Positions 38,301-50,900 of a stretch of 64,000 nt of DNA are shown in pieces. The position numbers and the translations under genes were made by a program. This DNA is from Dimorphilus gyrociliatus (taxonomy: Eukaryota > Animalia > Annelida): the NCBI GenBank assembly GCA_904063045.1, contig CAJFCJ010000024.1:987777-1051776 (forward strand), written 5' to 3'. The stretch's first letter is position 1. Every line of letters starts with the position of its first letter. The notes under the pieces were generated by a model. The model worked only from the letters and a program-made list of their open reading frames with translations. It did no database searches and was not told where the DNA came from.

Positions 38301-41300
38301 CAATATTTCCATCTATTAAAGAATTGTATGTAAATAAGGATTCCCTCTGCAGCTACAATTCTTACTTTGTTCAAAGTGACCGTGAAAAATTTCGACTTCT
38401 CTACACGATAGCAGAGGTAGTCAGTTAAATGAGAGAGATGATACTCTTTAACCCAAATCTTTGCATGTTGCCAAATTAATAGACATGTTAATTAGCACAA
38501 TGGACATTGCTAAATCTGCCTGTTCACACGAAATTAGACTAAATTTTTTTCCCACTTGTAAACTATACTTACCATCGAATTATGACAAGTTGTTTTATTT
38601 AATTTATCTTTTATATTTATAGGCAAGAATCCTGTGGGCTTTGTTTACTACTAAACAATTCCAAATCTTAATTAGAAGTATGTTTAATAATATAATAAAC
38701 CTATCTAGTTGTCGACCATTAATCATAGAGCCGAGTCAGCTAATTTATAATATCAATGAAATATATCTTTTGCGAAATACCACTCACGTAAATCAAACTG
38801 AAATAGACATTCTAGATTACCTTAACGACATTACTGGATTAACTTGATCTGTCAATTTAAAAAAAAGATCCAAATTTACCAGAAAACAAGAGACTGTACA
38901 TGTGACCTATAAACGAAGCACCTGCCATTAAAGACATATGGAGCCGATTGCACGGACAACGGCCGGTGTATTTGACTAATATTTCCTTCTGTTTTGTATA
39001 TATTCCGTAGCAGTTTCATCGTAATTTGATCTCGCAAAGAAAAAATGTTTTTGTAGTTTCATATAACTTTAAGGCCGATAACTTACAAATATGTTATTTC
39101 TTTCTCCTTGAATACAATTCTATTTTCGCACTCGATAATCTCTAAGCTATACAGGTATATTACTTAATCGTTAGAAATGAAAACTTGGCTCTTTGTTGGC
39201 GTGTTAGAAAAAATTCAACATGATTTAATTTTTTCAGATAGTAAATATTTTATTTTTAATACATATACAGTATATTTATTTATTTATTTATTTATAAGCA
39301 TGTTAGTATTCAAACATTTTATTTAATTCTTAAAGATTAAGTTCTTACTTTAGGTATTTGATAACTAGCTTATTACCGGTAAGAAAGCATTAAACAGGTG
39401 TCAATTCTTTTCCTGTAATTTAACCTTTTTGCGCTCGACTGCACTCTCGGCTTGCTATAAATTATTTGAACGTTTTTTATGCTTAATTTTAAAAATATCG
39501 TGTTCAAAAAAACGATGTGCTAAACAGTTAAATTACTTATCTCTCAAATTACTTCAATTATATTAAGCTGTTGTACTTGAACATATATTCCATTACTCTG
39601 GAAATGCTATCAAAGTTTATTTACTTTTGCTTACTGTATTTTGTTACATTAGTCTGTAAATAAACAATTAATGTTGAATACATCAACAATTTTTAAACAA
39701 AAAATAACATTCAAAGTAAAGTATTAGTTTTTTGAAGACAATGAACGAAAATAAAGATTTCTTTTGTTTATAATAATTAGATAGAGTTAATTTACATTGG
39801 ATTATCTTCTAAATAGAGAAAATTATATTATATTGCGATAAAAAACACCCATAATTATGGTGTATAAAACAAAGTATGTCACACACTGCCAGTCAAAATA
39901 GAAAAAACTTAGTCATATTTACAGTGTTTTTTTTTCTTTCTTTCTATTTATATATATATATACAAATTAATAAAGCAGAGGTATTGAAAAAAAACTATAC
40001 TCTAAAAACTGAAATGTTTAAAATGAAGAATACGAAGCATCTAATAAAAACTTAAGCGGCCCTTGAAAAACAATACTTCGTCTAAAGATCGAAGTGAATA
40101 TTCATCATTGTTTAGTCTGAATTTACCGGCTGTAGTATTAGCTAACTGTTTATCGACTGGTTATGAGAATCTTTTGTCTGTCATTACATATTTGCTTGCT
40201 CCACTAATACCTTACTCTTTTCATAGCTTGCCAACGGATGTTCAAGCAGAAGCCATTCCACTTATTCTTGGGGGAGGAGACGTTCTAATGGTAAATAAAA
40301 AATTAATATTATTCTTGTAAAAAAAACGGAATATATCTAATATGAAAATACTTTTCATTATTAGTCATTCTGTTACTTATTGATTTTCGTTGTAATTTCT
40401 GTTTAAGGCGCTAAAAAAAAGCCTTACAACATATAACTTCAATTTACCAGACATTTCTTTTTGAAAACACACATTCTAAATTGGCGCATCATATGAAAAT
40501 ATATCACTCTTTGTGGCACAGACGTTAAGAGAGCTCTTGACCTTCTTTTACATCTAGAAATTTAATTAATCTCTCCAACAGCCACTTCCCTATTACAGAG
40601 TAGAATTGTTTTTAACCGATGCTTCATCCTGTTATTTTTCTGTTTTTCTGTTGAAAGAGATAGTGATAAGGAATAATCTGTCAATTGTCCAAGTTGGCAA
40701 TTATGCTTTAAAAAATACTTATCACTTGTATAAATGATTTAAATTTTTTTTAGTAAGAGTTGTTGAAGAGTTAATTCAATTGAATTCGTTTTGAAAATAG
40801 TTCACTATTCTTTAGCACTTTAGAAGACATCTATTATATTATGAGGGTATAAAGGTAAACTAACAAAAACCCCTTCAATCCCTACTTTTTACAATTTACT
40901 ATAGTCTACGAAGAAAATCTTTATGTACTCTTAGATAACGTAAGAAATATTTAAGCGTTGAACTTGCTCTAAATTACACAATTGAATGTCTTACGTAAGA
41001 AAGTATAATATATAAAAGGACATCAGTTAGTTATGACACTTAAATAAGCTTTTATAGCATAAGGGAGTGTACTAGACTCCTTTTGTATTGAAAATTCAAT
41101 CGTGTGACTAGGCCCTTATCTGCTTTCCCGCTCTTTTTTATTATCTCGCAACATAAATCTTAAGAAAAGAAGACTTACGACAGATATGCTCTCCCATACA
41201 TCTTGGCCAAACGGCCGACTTTTACGAGCAACGGTTTGCTCGTAAAAATTGGGCACGGGGATCGAATTCTACCTCTATATAGGCCTATACATTTTTCGCA

Positions 41301-41821
41301 TCGCCCAGGCACCGCAGCTTTTTGTTTGCCCGGTTATGACGTCATGTCATGAATATTAATGAGGCGGCGACGCGAAACGCGAGGCAGTCGTACGTCTGGC
41401 GGCGGACCGGTGTGTATCGAAGTTTTATTTATTCAATATATAACAGTTTATCTATATAGTTCGATATTCGTTATTATTTATTAGATCTATATTTCTTTAT
41501 ATGAAAAAAAAATAGCAACATTTAGATGGTAGAGTGAAAATTGACAAATGTAAAGTTATGAAGTTTTACGATTTGTATTGATGCGGGTGACTGATTATAA
41601 TGAAATAAATGGCGAATGAAATATATTTTGCAATAAAACATAAAGTATATAAATATATAAAAGGAATATATTACTTGTTAAAAGAACTAACATTCTCTCA
41701 TCGAATATGAATATTTCTATTCGCTATTTCTTTTCGAGTCATTTTTTTTGTAACTTATCAATAATATTTGCCATTGCAGCTGTTAACTTATAAAGGATAT
41801 TATACAGAATTCATATAAGTC

Positions 41822-41855
<34 letters not shown>

Positions 41856-41866
41856 GTATATCTGTC

Positions 41867-41900
<34 letters not shown>

Positions 41901-44900
41901 CTTATATACAGTATGTAGATCTTTACATCTTATAACAGAATGACATCGCCTGTAGGTGCACTAATTTTTTTGCGACACCCAACTAAATCACAAGAAAACT
42001 GAAGGCTTTTGATAAAAAATGTATAACAATACTTTTAAAGGAGCGATAAACTCGAAACCTACTGCGCTCAAATACTCTTGAAAATTTATTCAACCGTTTT
42101 TTATATAACAGTTTAAAACTATTTTATTAAACTCTTGTAAGTAAAAATAGAAGTAGTGAATTAGTTTTAATAAGAGAATATCTATCTATCTGTTCCCCTA
42201 TTTTTTTTTTTCCCTATACTATTTAATGAAGAATAAGCAGAGGTGAGATAACACTTATCTTATCTTTAAGATATCTAGGTCATGGAAATTTTGAAAATTT
42301 TTTTTGTAACCAATTCAACCGAAATTTCTATTTTAGAATTCGAACATTTTTAGATACCGTTTCAACTCGTTAAAAAAAAGATAGTTAATAAATTCATAGG
42401 TTTTTTTATATAAATTTTTAATTAGGTGACAATTTGTATTCTTAGTTTCTTTAACGTCTGTTAAAGTCTTTGTTCTCTCTACTTAAACGATGGATAATTT
42501 TATCAATTAAAAGTTTACAGTGAATATAAATTTGAACTCATTAGACTTTTTCTCTTTCAATTCCCTTTTCATTTCAAATTCTACCTTGTTAGTAAAAATA
42601 GGAAATTTTTTTTAAACCACGTTACAGTTTTTGACAATAGGAAGGGCATTGTCATTTTTCTCTTTTGACCTTTAATTCCATCAAGTTGAGACTCTTGGGA
42701 AAAAGTCATCATTTATTACTTAGATATTAACAGGCTCATATCGGAACCGCGACTAGAGCATATTAGAAAAAGAGATTTTACTAAGAATCCAATTTCAAAC
42801 CGCCGGTTTTTCAAACCACTAAGTTTCATCATAATTGCTACTTGTTGTATATTGTCTTGTAATCGAATATTTTTGTAAATAGATATAAATAGTATCTATA
42901 AAAACAAATTGTATCCATTCTTTATATGGAGTCTATTTAGACTTTTCAACGTTTGCAACAATTTAACGTCTCTTAAAAAAGACTGACATGAAGGACGTCT
43001 TTTAGCTTAAAACATTCACAGGAATATGAGATAATAAAGCGCAATTTTTTATGGTGTTGAATGAGTATAGGGGTTGCCCTTTGAAATGCAATGACCCTGG
43101 ATAGTTGCTATGGCCTTCCTTTCTATTCTTCCTACTAACGCTTTTTTTCCCGAACAGGCCGCCGAAACTGGCAGTGGCAAAACAGGAGCATTTTGTTTGC
43201 CGATTATACAAATTGTACAAGAAACTCTTAGAAATGTTAGGGAGAACAAGGGAAATAAGGGTGGAGGTGGAAGTGGAGCAAGCGGTGGAACTTCAAAGAG
43301 TAAGTATTTTGTTTGGTTGTTTTTGGTTTTTTTGCTAAAAAAATAGAAAAAACAGAATTTTTCATTTATAGACTATTTCTATTCATTGATAATAATGTTT
43401 TATTAACAAATAGTTTATTGGAAAATGCTATTACTTCACTGTCATCTGCGTTTTGTACATATCAATTACTTCGAAATATACTGTATGACTCGGGTTACCC
43501 TTAGAAACAAAATATTTCGATTAAAATTCACTTTTTGAAAAGTTTTTAGTAGACTTCTTAAATTTCTTAGATGTATGCAACAATTATAGATAATCAACCA
43601 CCTAAATAGAAAGTAAGTCAGCACTTACCCTTAAAATAAAAGCTAGACTGCTTATACTAATAGATTAAGTATTGATAATAAAAATATAAAAAAGGAGAGA
43701 AATAACTCCCTTTCTCTTGAAGATTTGATAAACTTTTAATTGAAACATTTTCGTATTTCAAAGTAACGAAATTTTTGACTGACGTACCATGTAATTCCTT
43801 TTCATCGGTAAAAAACTTTATTAGAGAACCTCTACCGTTCGGGGCAGATGGTCATCAATAAGCTTTCTAAAATACGAAGAGCCGGCCTCTCAACTATCAG
43901 TGCTTTTGAGATTTCATTGGATTTGATTACAATCTCGCTTGAATAAGTGTCAAAAATAACCTATGACCCTTTTCAAATATAGCGTGAATATTCGACCGGT
44001 TCAACACAGGAACTGCTTATTGAATATTCGCTATATCAATGACAGAATCGTGCTTTAACCTTCATCTATGACTTTAATACACAAAAAAAAAATTTCCAAT
44101 TTAGTTGATATAGAATGGTGATTTATAAAAGCATTTTATTTTGTGTTATACTTAAATGTAATATGTTTGCAGTGTTAAGCTGTTTCGTAAACTTTAAGTT
44201 AAACATCTCAAAACTACTACTCTTTTGTGTATGATTTATTAAAGGTCATGTATTGAATTCCGGCGAAACGTGAATAATTTTTCACGCGGAAGTAATGCCA
44301 CTTAAAATAGAATAATAGCCTTTTTCAACTAAAAACGCCCGATCATTAATTGACAGTTTCTCGAGAAATTTTTCCTCTGACAAAAATTTATCATACGATT
44401 TTCCCTTCAGATTAATCTCTTTTAACTTTCAGACTCGAAATGGAAGATGAACCCTTTCGATAGGGGAGATAAATTAGCTATCGATTCAGACGGAACACTA
44501 TGCCAAAGTAGAGATGCTAAAATATGGCAAGGAACAAGATCTAATAAAGGCGTAGTTGGAAAAGGGAAATATTATTATGAGGCTAAAGTAACAGATGAGG
44601 GACTATGCAGAGTTGGATGGTCAACTGCAAAGGCTTCTTTAGATTTGGGGACTGATAAAGAAGGATACGGATTCGGAGGAACTGGAAAGAAAAGCTTCGG
44701 AAGACAATTTGATACTTACGGCGAGGTAAGCTGAAACTGACCGCTAAATAGTATATAACTGTAGACCATATCAATTAGAGCTAAATAGATACTTAATAGC
44801 TTAATCCTTAAGTAAAGAGTATTGAACAATTTTTTTAAGAAAGATACTACAATTTAATTGTTGAATTTGGAATATTTGATATTTGACGAAGCTCTTTTAA

Positions 44901-47900
44901 AATTAATGTTTGAGGCAATAAACTCATAGTGGATCATAAGCAATTTTTTGCTGACTCTTCATATTTGAAGAAGATACGTATAACTACTATACGTAGTTAG
45001 CTTACTTGCTAAAAAATGGGTTTTTTCCTTCCTTGAGAGCCATGCGCTAACTTTTTTACGTAATTTAAATTGATTACTCCAAAAAATCGTGTTATAATGT
45101 ATCATCATTCGTCGTATTCTAAGTGCTCATAAGCACTTTTTAATGCAAACGTACATACTAAATTGAACTGAATTAAATATTCTGTTAAAATCTTCTTACC
45201 TATATATACAGTATATATATATTAGTAGTTAAAATAATTATTTATTCCTGTTGCAATTTCATTATTAGAATCGCTTAAGGGTTAAAAGATATATTCGCAG
45301 TCATTATTCCGTATCATCAGTTCTTAGTCATCATACCCTAAGCATAGTAAATCAATTTTTCGGATGGGCGACTCTAATCTTATACAATAAATAGGCTTTT
45401 GGTATTAACGACGTTATCGGCTGTTATCTGGATTTGGATTCATACAGCGTTAAATGGTCGAAGAATGGTGAGTAAATTATTTTGTTCTCTCTGTATTACA
45501 AAGTACAAACTATTGGAAGTATTTTTGTTATTAATAACATGTCAGTGGAAAATGTTGTGCAAATATTTTGTAAACGTTCTCTAGATAAGGTTATCGTTTG
45601 GGGTAGCTTATTTTCAAATATTTCTTCGGACCTATTACGATTTATATAAATAAACAGTGCTATATATTTCTTTACATTTGTATGAATTTTATTCACCAGG
45701 AGTTGATTTTGGAAAAGCCTACGATATTCCCGCACATTTACAGAATGAGACCTTCTACGCTGCTGTGTGCCTTAAGGTTACTTTTTTTTTCTACCAAAGA
45801 TTTGTTTAACCTATTTTGTTTCTTTTAGAATGCGGAAATGAAGTTCAATTTCGGTCACCAAAAATTTGCTTATGAACCAAAAGAAAACTTTAAAGGGCTA
45901 AATACTGCTGACTCAAGTAACATTGTCGTTTCTAAGATTTCAGGTATTTGCTTTGTTGGGACAAAACACCTTATGTTGATAGTAACTTTTTTTGCTAAAA
46001 ACAAAATACTAAAACAATTTAACGCAACAGGTGGCTCTACTGGTCCCGTCACCAAACGTCCGAATGCTCCTTACTCAATTATTATTGAACCTAGTCGAGA
46101 ATTGGCTGAGCAGACCTACAATCAGATAATAAAGTTTAAGAAGTATTTGAAAGATCCAAAAATAAGGTATGTTAGGTCAAAAATTCATGTTATTATCAAA
46201 GCCTATTGTGGAAGAAATATTTCTTTTACATTCTGTTAATCTGTGGTAACTCTATCGTAGTTTGTCTTCTACAAACGTTCATGTACTTAGACGTTGTGTT
46301 TCTTCCTTTAGTGGACATTTAGCGCAAATTACCAGCATACTTTTGTATACGCCAAAGAGAATATCCTTTTAAGTTACAATTAGATATCGATTCCTTTCTC
46401 TAAAAATAATCATAACTCATTTCTAAATATTTTCCATAGAGACTGTATTTAAAAAGGATAAAGATAGAATTCCTATAAAAGCGCCATCTCTTGTCGTACG
46501 CAATACCTTTAGCAAAAAGATTACTTGTAGTCTCTATGACCTAATTAGCAAAAAAAACCTCTTTTCTCTGTTTTAAGCAGAAATACTGTAGTAAATGCAT
46601 TTATGCCTGTGTAAAGAATTCTTTAAAGTAGACGAAATCTTCAGTCTGAATTTAATTTAAAGCTTTTTACTGTTAATAACATTTTACATTTCTGTACACT
46701 TTATGTTGTAGCATAATATGTAAGCATAATGAATTATCAATCTTAATGTTTTGTCTACTGAAACTGTATACTGTACTTTAAAGGAAAACAGTAGATACTT
46801 AATTTTTTGATAATTAAGAAGCCATGCTTTAAAAGATCTTTCAAATATTTCCCTCAGAGAATTGCTTATAATTGGTGGAGCTAGTGCTAAAGAACAAGTA
46901 GACGCCCTAAATTCTGGTATTGATATAGTTGTAGGAACACCTGGGCGATTAGAGGATTTGATTTCTTCTAATAAATTGGAATTATCGGCTTGCAGGTATT
47001 TTTTTACTAAGAAAATTTTTTATGCCTGACATTAGAAAGTGATTTATTTGCTCTTCTAGATTTTTTGTTCTCGACGAAGCCGATGGCCTACTTTCTGCTG
47101 GTTATGGTCATTTAATTGAACGGTTACATAGGTCTATCCCAAAAGTGACTAGTGATGGGAACAAACTACAGATGGTTGTGTGTTCCGCCACACTACACTC
47201 TTTTGATGTTAAGAAAATGGCAGAGAAATTAATGCATTTTCCTACTTGGATAGATTTGAAAGGCCAGGTAACTTAAATTTTTTTTCTTTCTCTTTTTTAA
47301 AGACAAACTGTGTACTTATTGCATTTTTAACCTGCAAATTATCAGCTAAATTGTCATAAAAGGTTGTTAAAAAAAGGATTAAATGAAGGTTGTTAGTTTA
47401 CAATTAATTAATTTACAAAGTGGTTTAGAGATTGAAAAAAAAAGAAATAAGCTTTTTTAAACGGTTTTATTTAAGTAGATGTAATTAAGCCCAAATAAGA
47501 GCATCTTCGACCTTGAAGTTTGTCTCCAAGATCCATTAATATGGTAGAAATTGCTTTCAAACATAATTAGTCACGAAACATTTTTAATGTCAGTAGGATG
47601 TTTTACCAATCTATATTCAAGTTAAAGGGTACCATCTAGACTACCAGAAAGGTAGAACTCCCTTTTTTTCTATTTTTTAACTAAGTACCTTCAATTAGGC
47701 TTGAGATTAGATATTAAAACTATCTTTAGGTCGAAAACATCTGCCTTTAATAGACTGGCTAAACATATTTTACTATATGCTTCATTATCCCAAGAGAAAT
47801 ATAAAACAAACATTTTAAAAGAGATATAGAAAGATATTACCTAAATCCTATGTGTATCCTATTGACAAATCACAAATATTACCAGTTCCTATAAAATACA

Positions 47901-50900
47901 GTATAGAGATCCTCCTCAATTAATATTGCATTTAGTATTTTCTAGAAATAGACAAAGAGGTATTGGCTTTTTTTTTATATACCATATATGTACAAAGCTA
48001 TTATAATTTTATATTTTACATAAACATGAGAATGCATAGTAACGCTCTTCAATAGGTAATGATACAAAAGCCTTCACAAGGTGATTATTAACAATTGTAG
48101 AAAGCTTGCTTTTTTTCGCTTTTTCTTTGGTTTACCAACGTTACTAGTAGATGCGTAGTTGATTTCTTAATCAAAGAAACTTGAAAGAAAACTCTACTCG
48201 TAGTTAGGAAAAGAAATATAATATACATAAATATAATTTCATTTGTTTTGAAAGTAAATTATTTCTCTAAAAATTATCACTCGCCCAAGTAGAAACACTC
48301 GCTAGGGAAGTGCTTTGCCATACAATACTTGAAATATTTATATCTCTTGTTATATATACAGTGCATACGCGTACAAATATGTACATCCATAGATGCATAT
48401 AAATATTAGGGATTGACATATTTTAACTAGAAATATTTGTTGAAAATGACTATTAACTAAGCATAAAAAGTAGATATAAAGCAGTAATTAATATATAAAC
48501 TCAGTATGGATTAATTTTTTTCGTTTTTCTTTCAGCTATGTAATTTTTTTATTCTTGAGATGTTATTTTACATTTACCTGATCGGTATTTATACTAATTA
48601 CACTTTTATTCATAAGAAAATCCCTTGCAATTAATGAAAAGGGTCACTGCAAGTAGGTAGATGTAGGAAAAGAATATTATAGGAAAGCGAAAAAAACAAG
48701 TTTAAGCGTATTTTAGTAGCTTTATGACTTTTACATATAATACAAGAACCTTCTCGCCAGTGAGACGAATACTAAGTTGACTCTGCAGCAAAAAGTCAAT
48801 GAGATTTTTCAATACAAAATTAACAGACTCTGGTGAAATCCTCTTCACGTCTATAAAATTTTGATACACATTTCGTGCAAATTTTGTAAAAATATAGGAA
48901 ATCTAGACTAATTATTACCATAAAATGAATATGATATCAGAACTTGAATGTTTCGTAGATAATTATATCTCCTCCTTTTCTCTTGTTAGCTTTTGTTTAA
49001 CAAAGACTATTTAAAAAATAATATTAAAAGAGAAACCAACAAAGCTTTTTTGTCAACTTTCATCAAAAATAAGTATTTTTCAATCTACTTAAGGATGTCT
49101 TAAATTTTTTGTTCTTTGTACTATAATTAATGTGTTACTATCCGACTTAGCTATTACTATTTTTTTTGAAATAGGATAGTGTTCCCGAGACCGTACATCA
49201 CGTAGTATTAACTGTTGATCCAAGAAAAGATGAATCGTGGAAAAGCATACGGAACGGAATACAAACGGACGGTGTCCACCATAACGATAAACAAAGAATG
49301 AATGTTGAGACTGCGGGTTTGTAAATTTTTAATACCCTTCTTGCTTATCAGGATTGCAACAAATTCGTTTACCTCTAGGCTACTAGAATAAGATAGCGTT
49401 AGTTTTTTTTCTTATTCTATTGACAATGTAATATACAAGCATTAAAGTCATAAGTCATACAGAAAATATCCTTGAAAAGTTATAACAATGAATTTCTATA
49501 CAAAATGTATGATGGAAAAAAAAACTACAGTCCATAAGAATAGCATAAAAACAATCTCAGTCAAAGACATCTATATACAATATATACAGTAGGTTGATTT
49601 AAAATGTATATGAAATGCAAGCAAATCCTCCCTACTTCTCCTCCGAGGAAATATCTGCAAGCTGTATTCCCTTTTGAATTGTTAAACATAAATAGAGAGC
49701 AATCTGTTCGACTTGTAAATCTTTTAGTTCTGCAGATAGATTCAAGTAAGAATATATCTTTTGAATTAGGGTATAATGTGTTTGCCCTTCGTACTAAATC
49801 GTTAATTCGCGCACAGAAATTCGTCAGTTATAATCAAAGTCTCCAAGGTTATTTGTTGCTATTTATTACTACCGGTTGTAAATCAGGTTAAAACGGCTTT
49901 AGTGAGTGATTCTAATTGATTGTTACTGCCTAACCCTCGTTGTTCTATTAAGGTTGACCCGAGGGAGCATTACGAATTATTTTTTACTTGAAAAAATTAG
50001 CTTTTCTTGCCTACAATGGCCACAAGCAGAATCCACAATGCTCGTATGATGAAGTGGGGTTAATTCCTACTTATCCTTATTTTCTAAATCACATCCTATT
50101 GGTGTATTTCAGCTGTGGTTAAGGAGCATTATAAGAAATTGATTTTTGAAGCCTGGTTATTCCATTTTGTCGAATTTTCAGTTCCTATTGAAATTAGGAT
50201 TGTAGAGCATTAATGATTTTTTTTAGCTGGTTATTGTTGTATTTGTTGTTCCTTTTTTTCCGAAAGGTTTATTTACATTAATTCAATGTTAAGGTTACAA
50301 TCACATATAACAATTTTACACTGTCTCAATCAATTTGGCTCATCATCTTTTCTTAATCATACTCACCTGGTTTACATTGTTTGCATTGTTTTAGCATTAT
50401 TTCTGATCCATCTTCAACTGTTTCAGCGTTTCGACGACTTTTCGGTCTCTTATAACAAATTCTATAAAAGCCTCGAATTCCAGGTGCTGTCAATTGAATC
50501 ATAACCGCAGTAAAACTACAGTGAGCAAAGGCAAGCACTTGAACAACGACATCGGCCATTTGTATTTGTGCTTTCCATTTGCTATCTATCAGTTGTAGTG
50601 CAGTCGTTGAAAATTGAATAATGTTAATTAGAATAAGAGGGAAATTTAAAAAAATATAACTTAGAAGAATAAGAAGAGAACACTTTGACCAAGCTTCTTC
50701 TGTTCTATCGAATGTCAAGTTAACTTCATCTTCTTCGATTTGTCGTGAATGCAATTGAAATTTTTGTCGACTTCAGTTAGGTTTTTATTATTTTTCGAAT
50801 TCCATTTTTCAAATTTAAAGATAGCTTCTATTATGGGTTGTACATCTATTAACTCTAGAATACTCTCTCTCTCTCTCTCTCTCTCCCTCTCTCTCTCTCT

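Noticed and set aside
38414-38462. let-7-like AGAGGTAGTCAGTT in DDX1 intron 2
   Set aside because: The fold-back is short and weak, with a large internal loop; it is probably a chance seed match.
38947-38967. GATTGCACGGACAACGGCC resembling miR-92
   Set aside because: There is no complementary arm on either side to form a hairpin.
39421-39532. Possible TTAA-flanked piggyBac-like MITE
   Set aside because: The putative TIRs match at only about 6 of 10 positions beyond TTAAC, which is within AT-rich background.
41300-41410. Idea that the GC island is the conserved Id/emc BMP-response element
   Set aside because: It shares CRE and Smad-like words but not their order as I recall it, and no Id bHLH gene is visible in the window.
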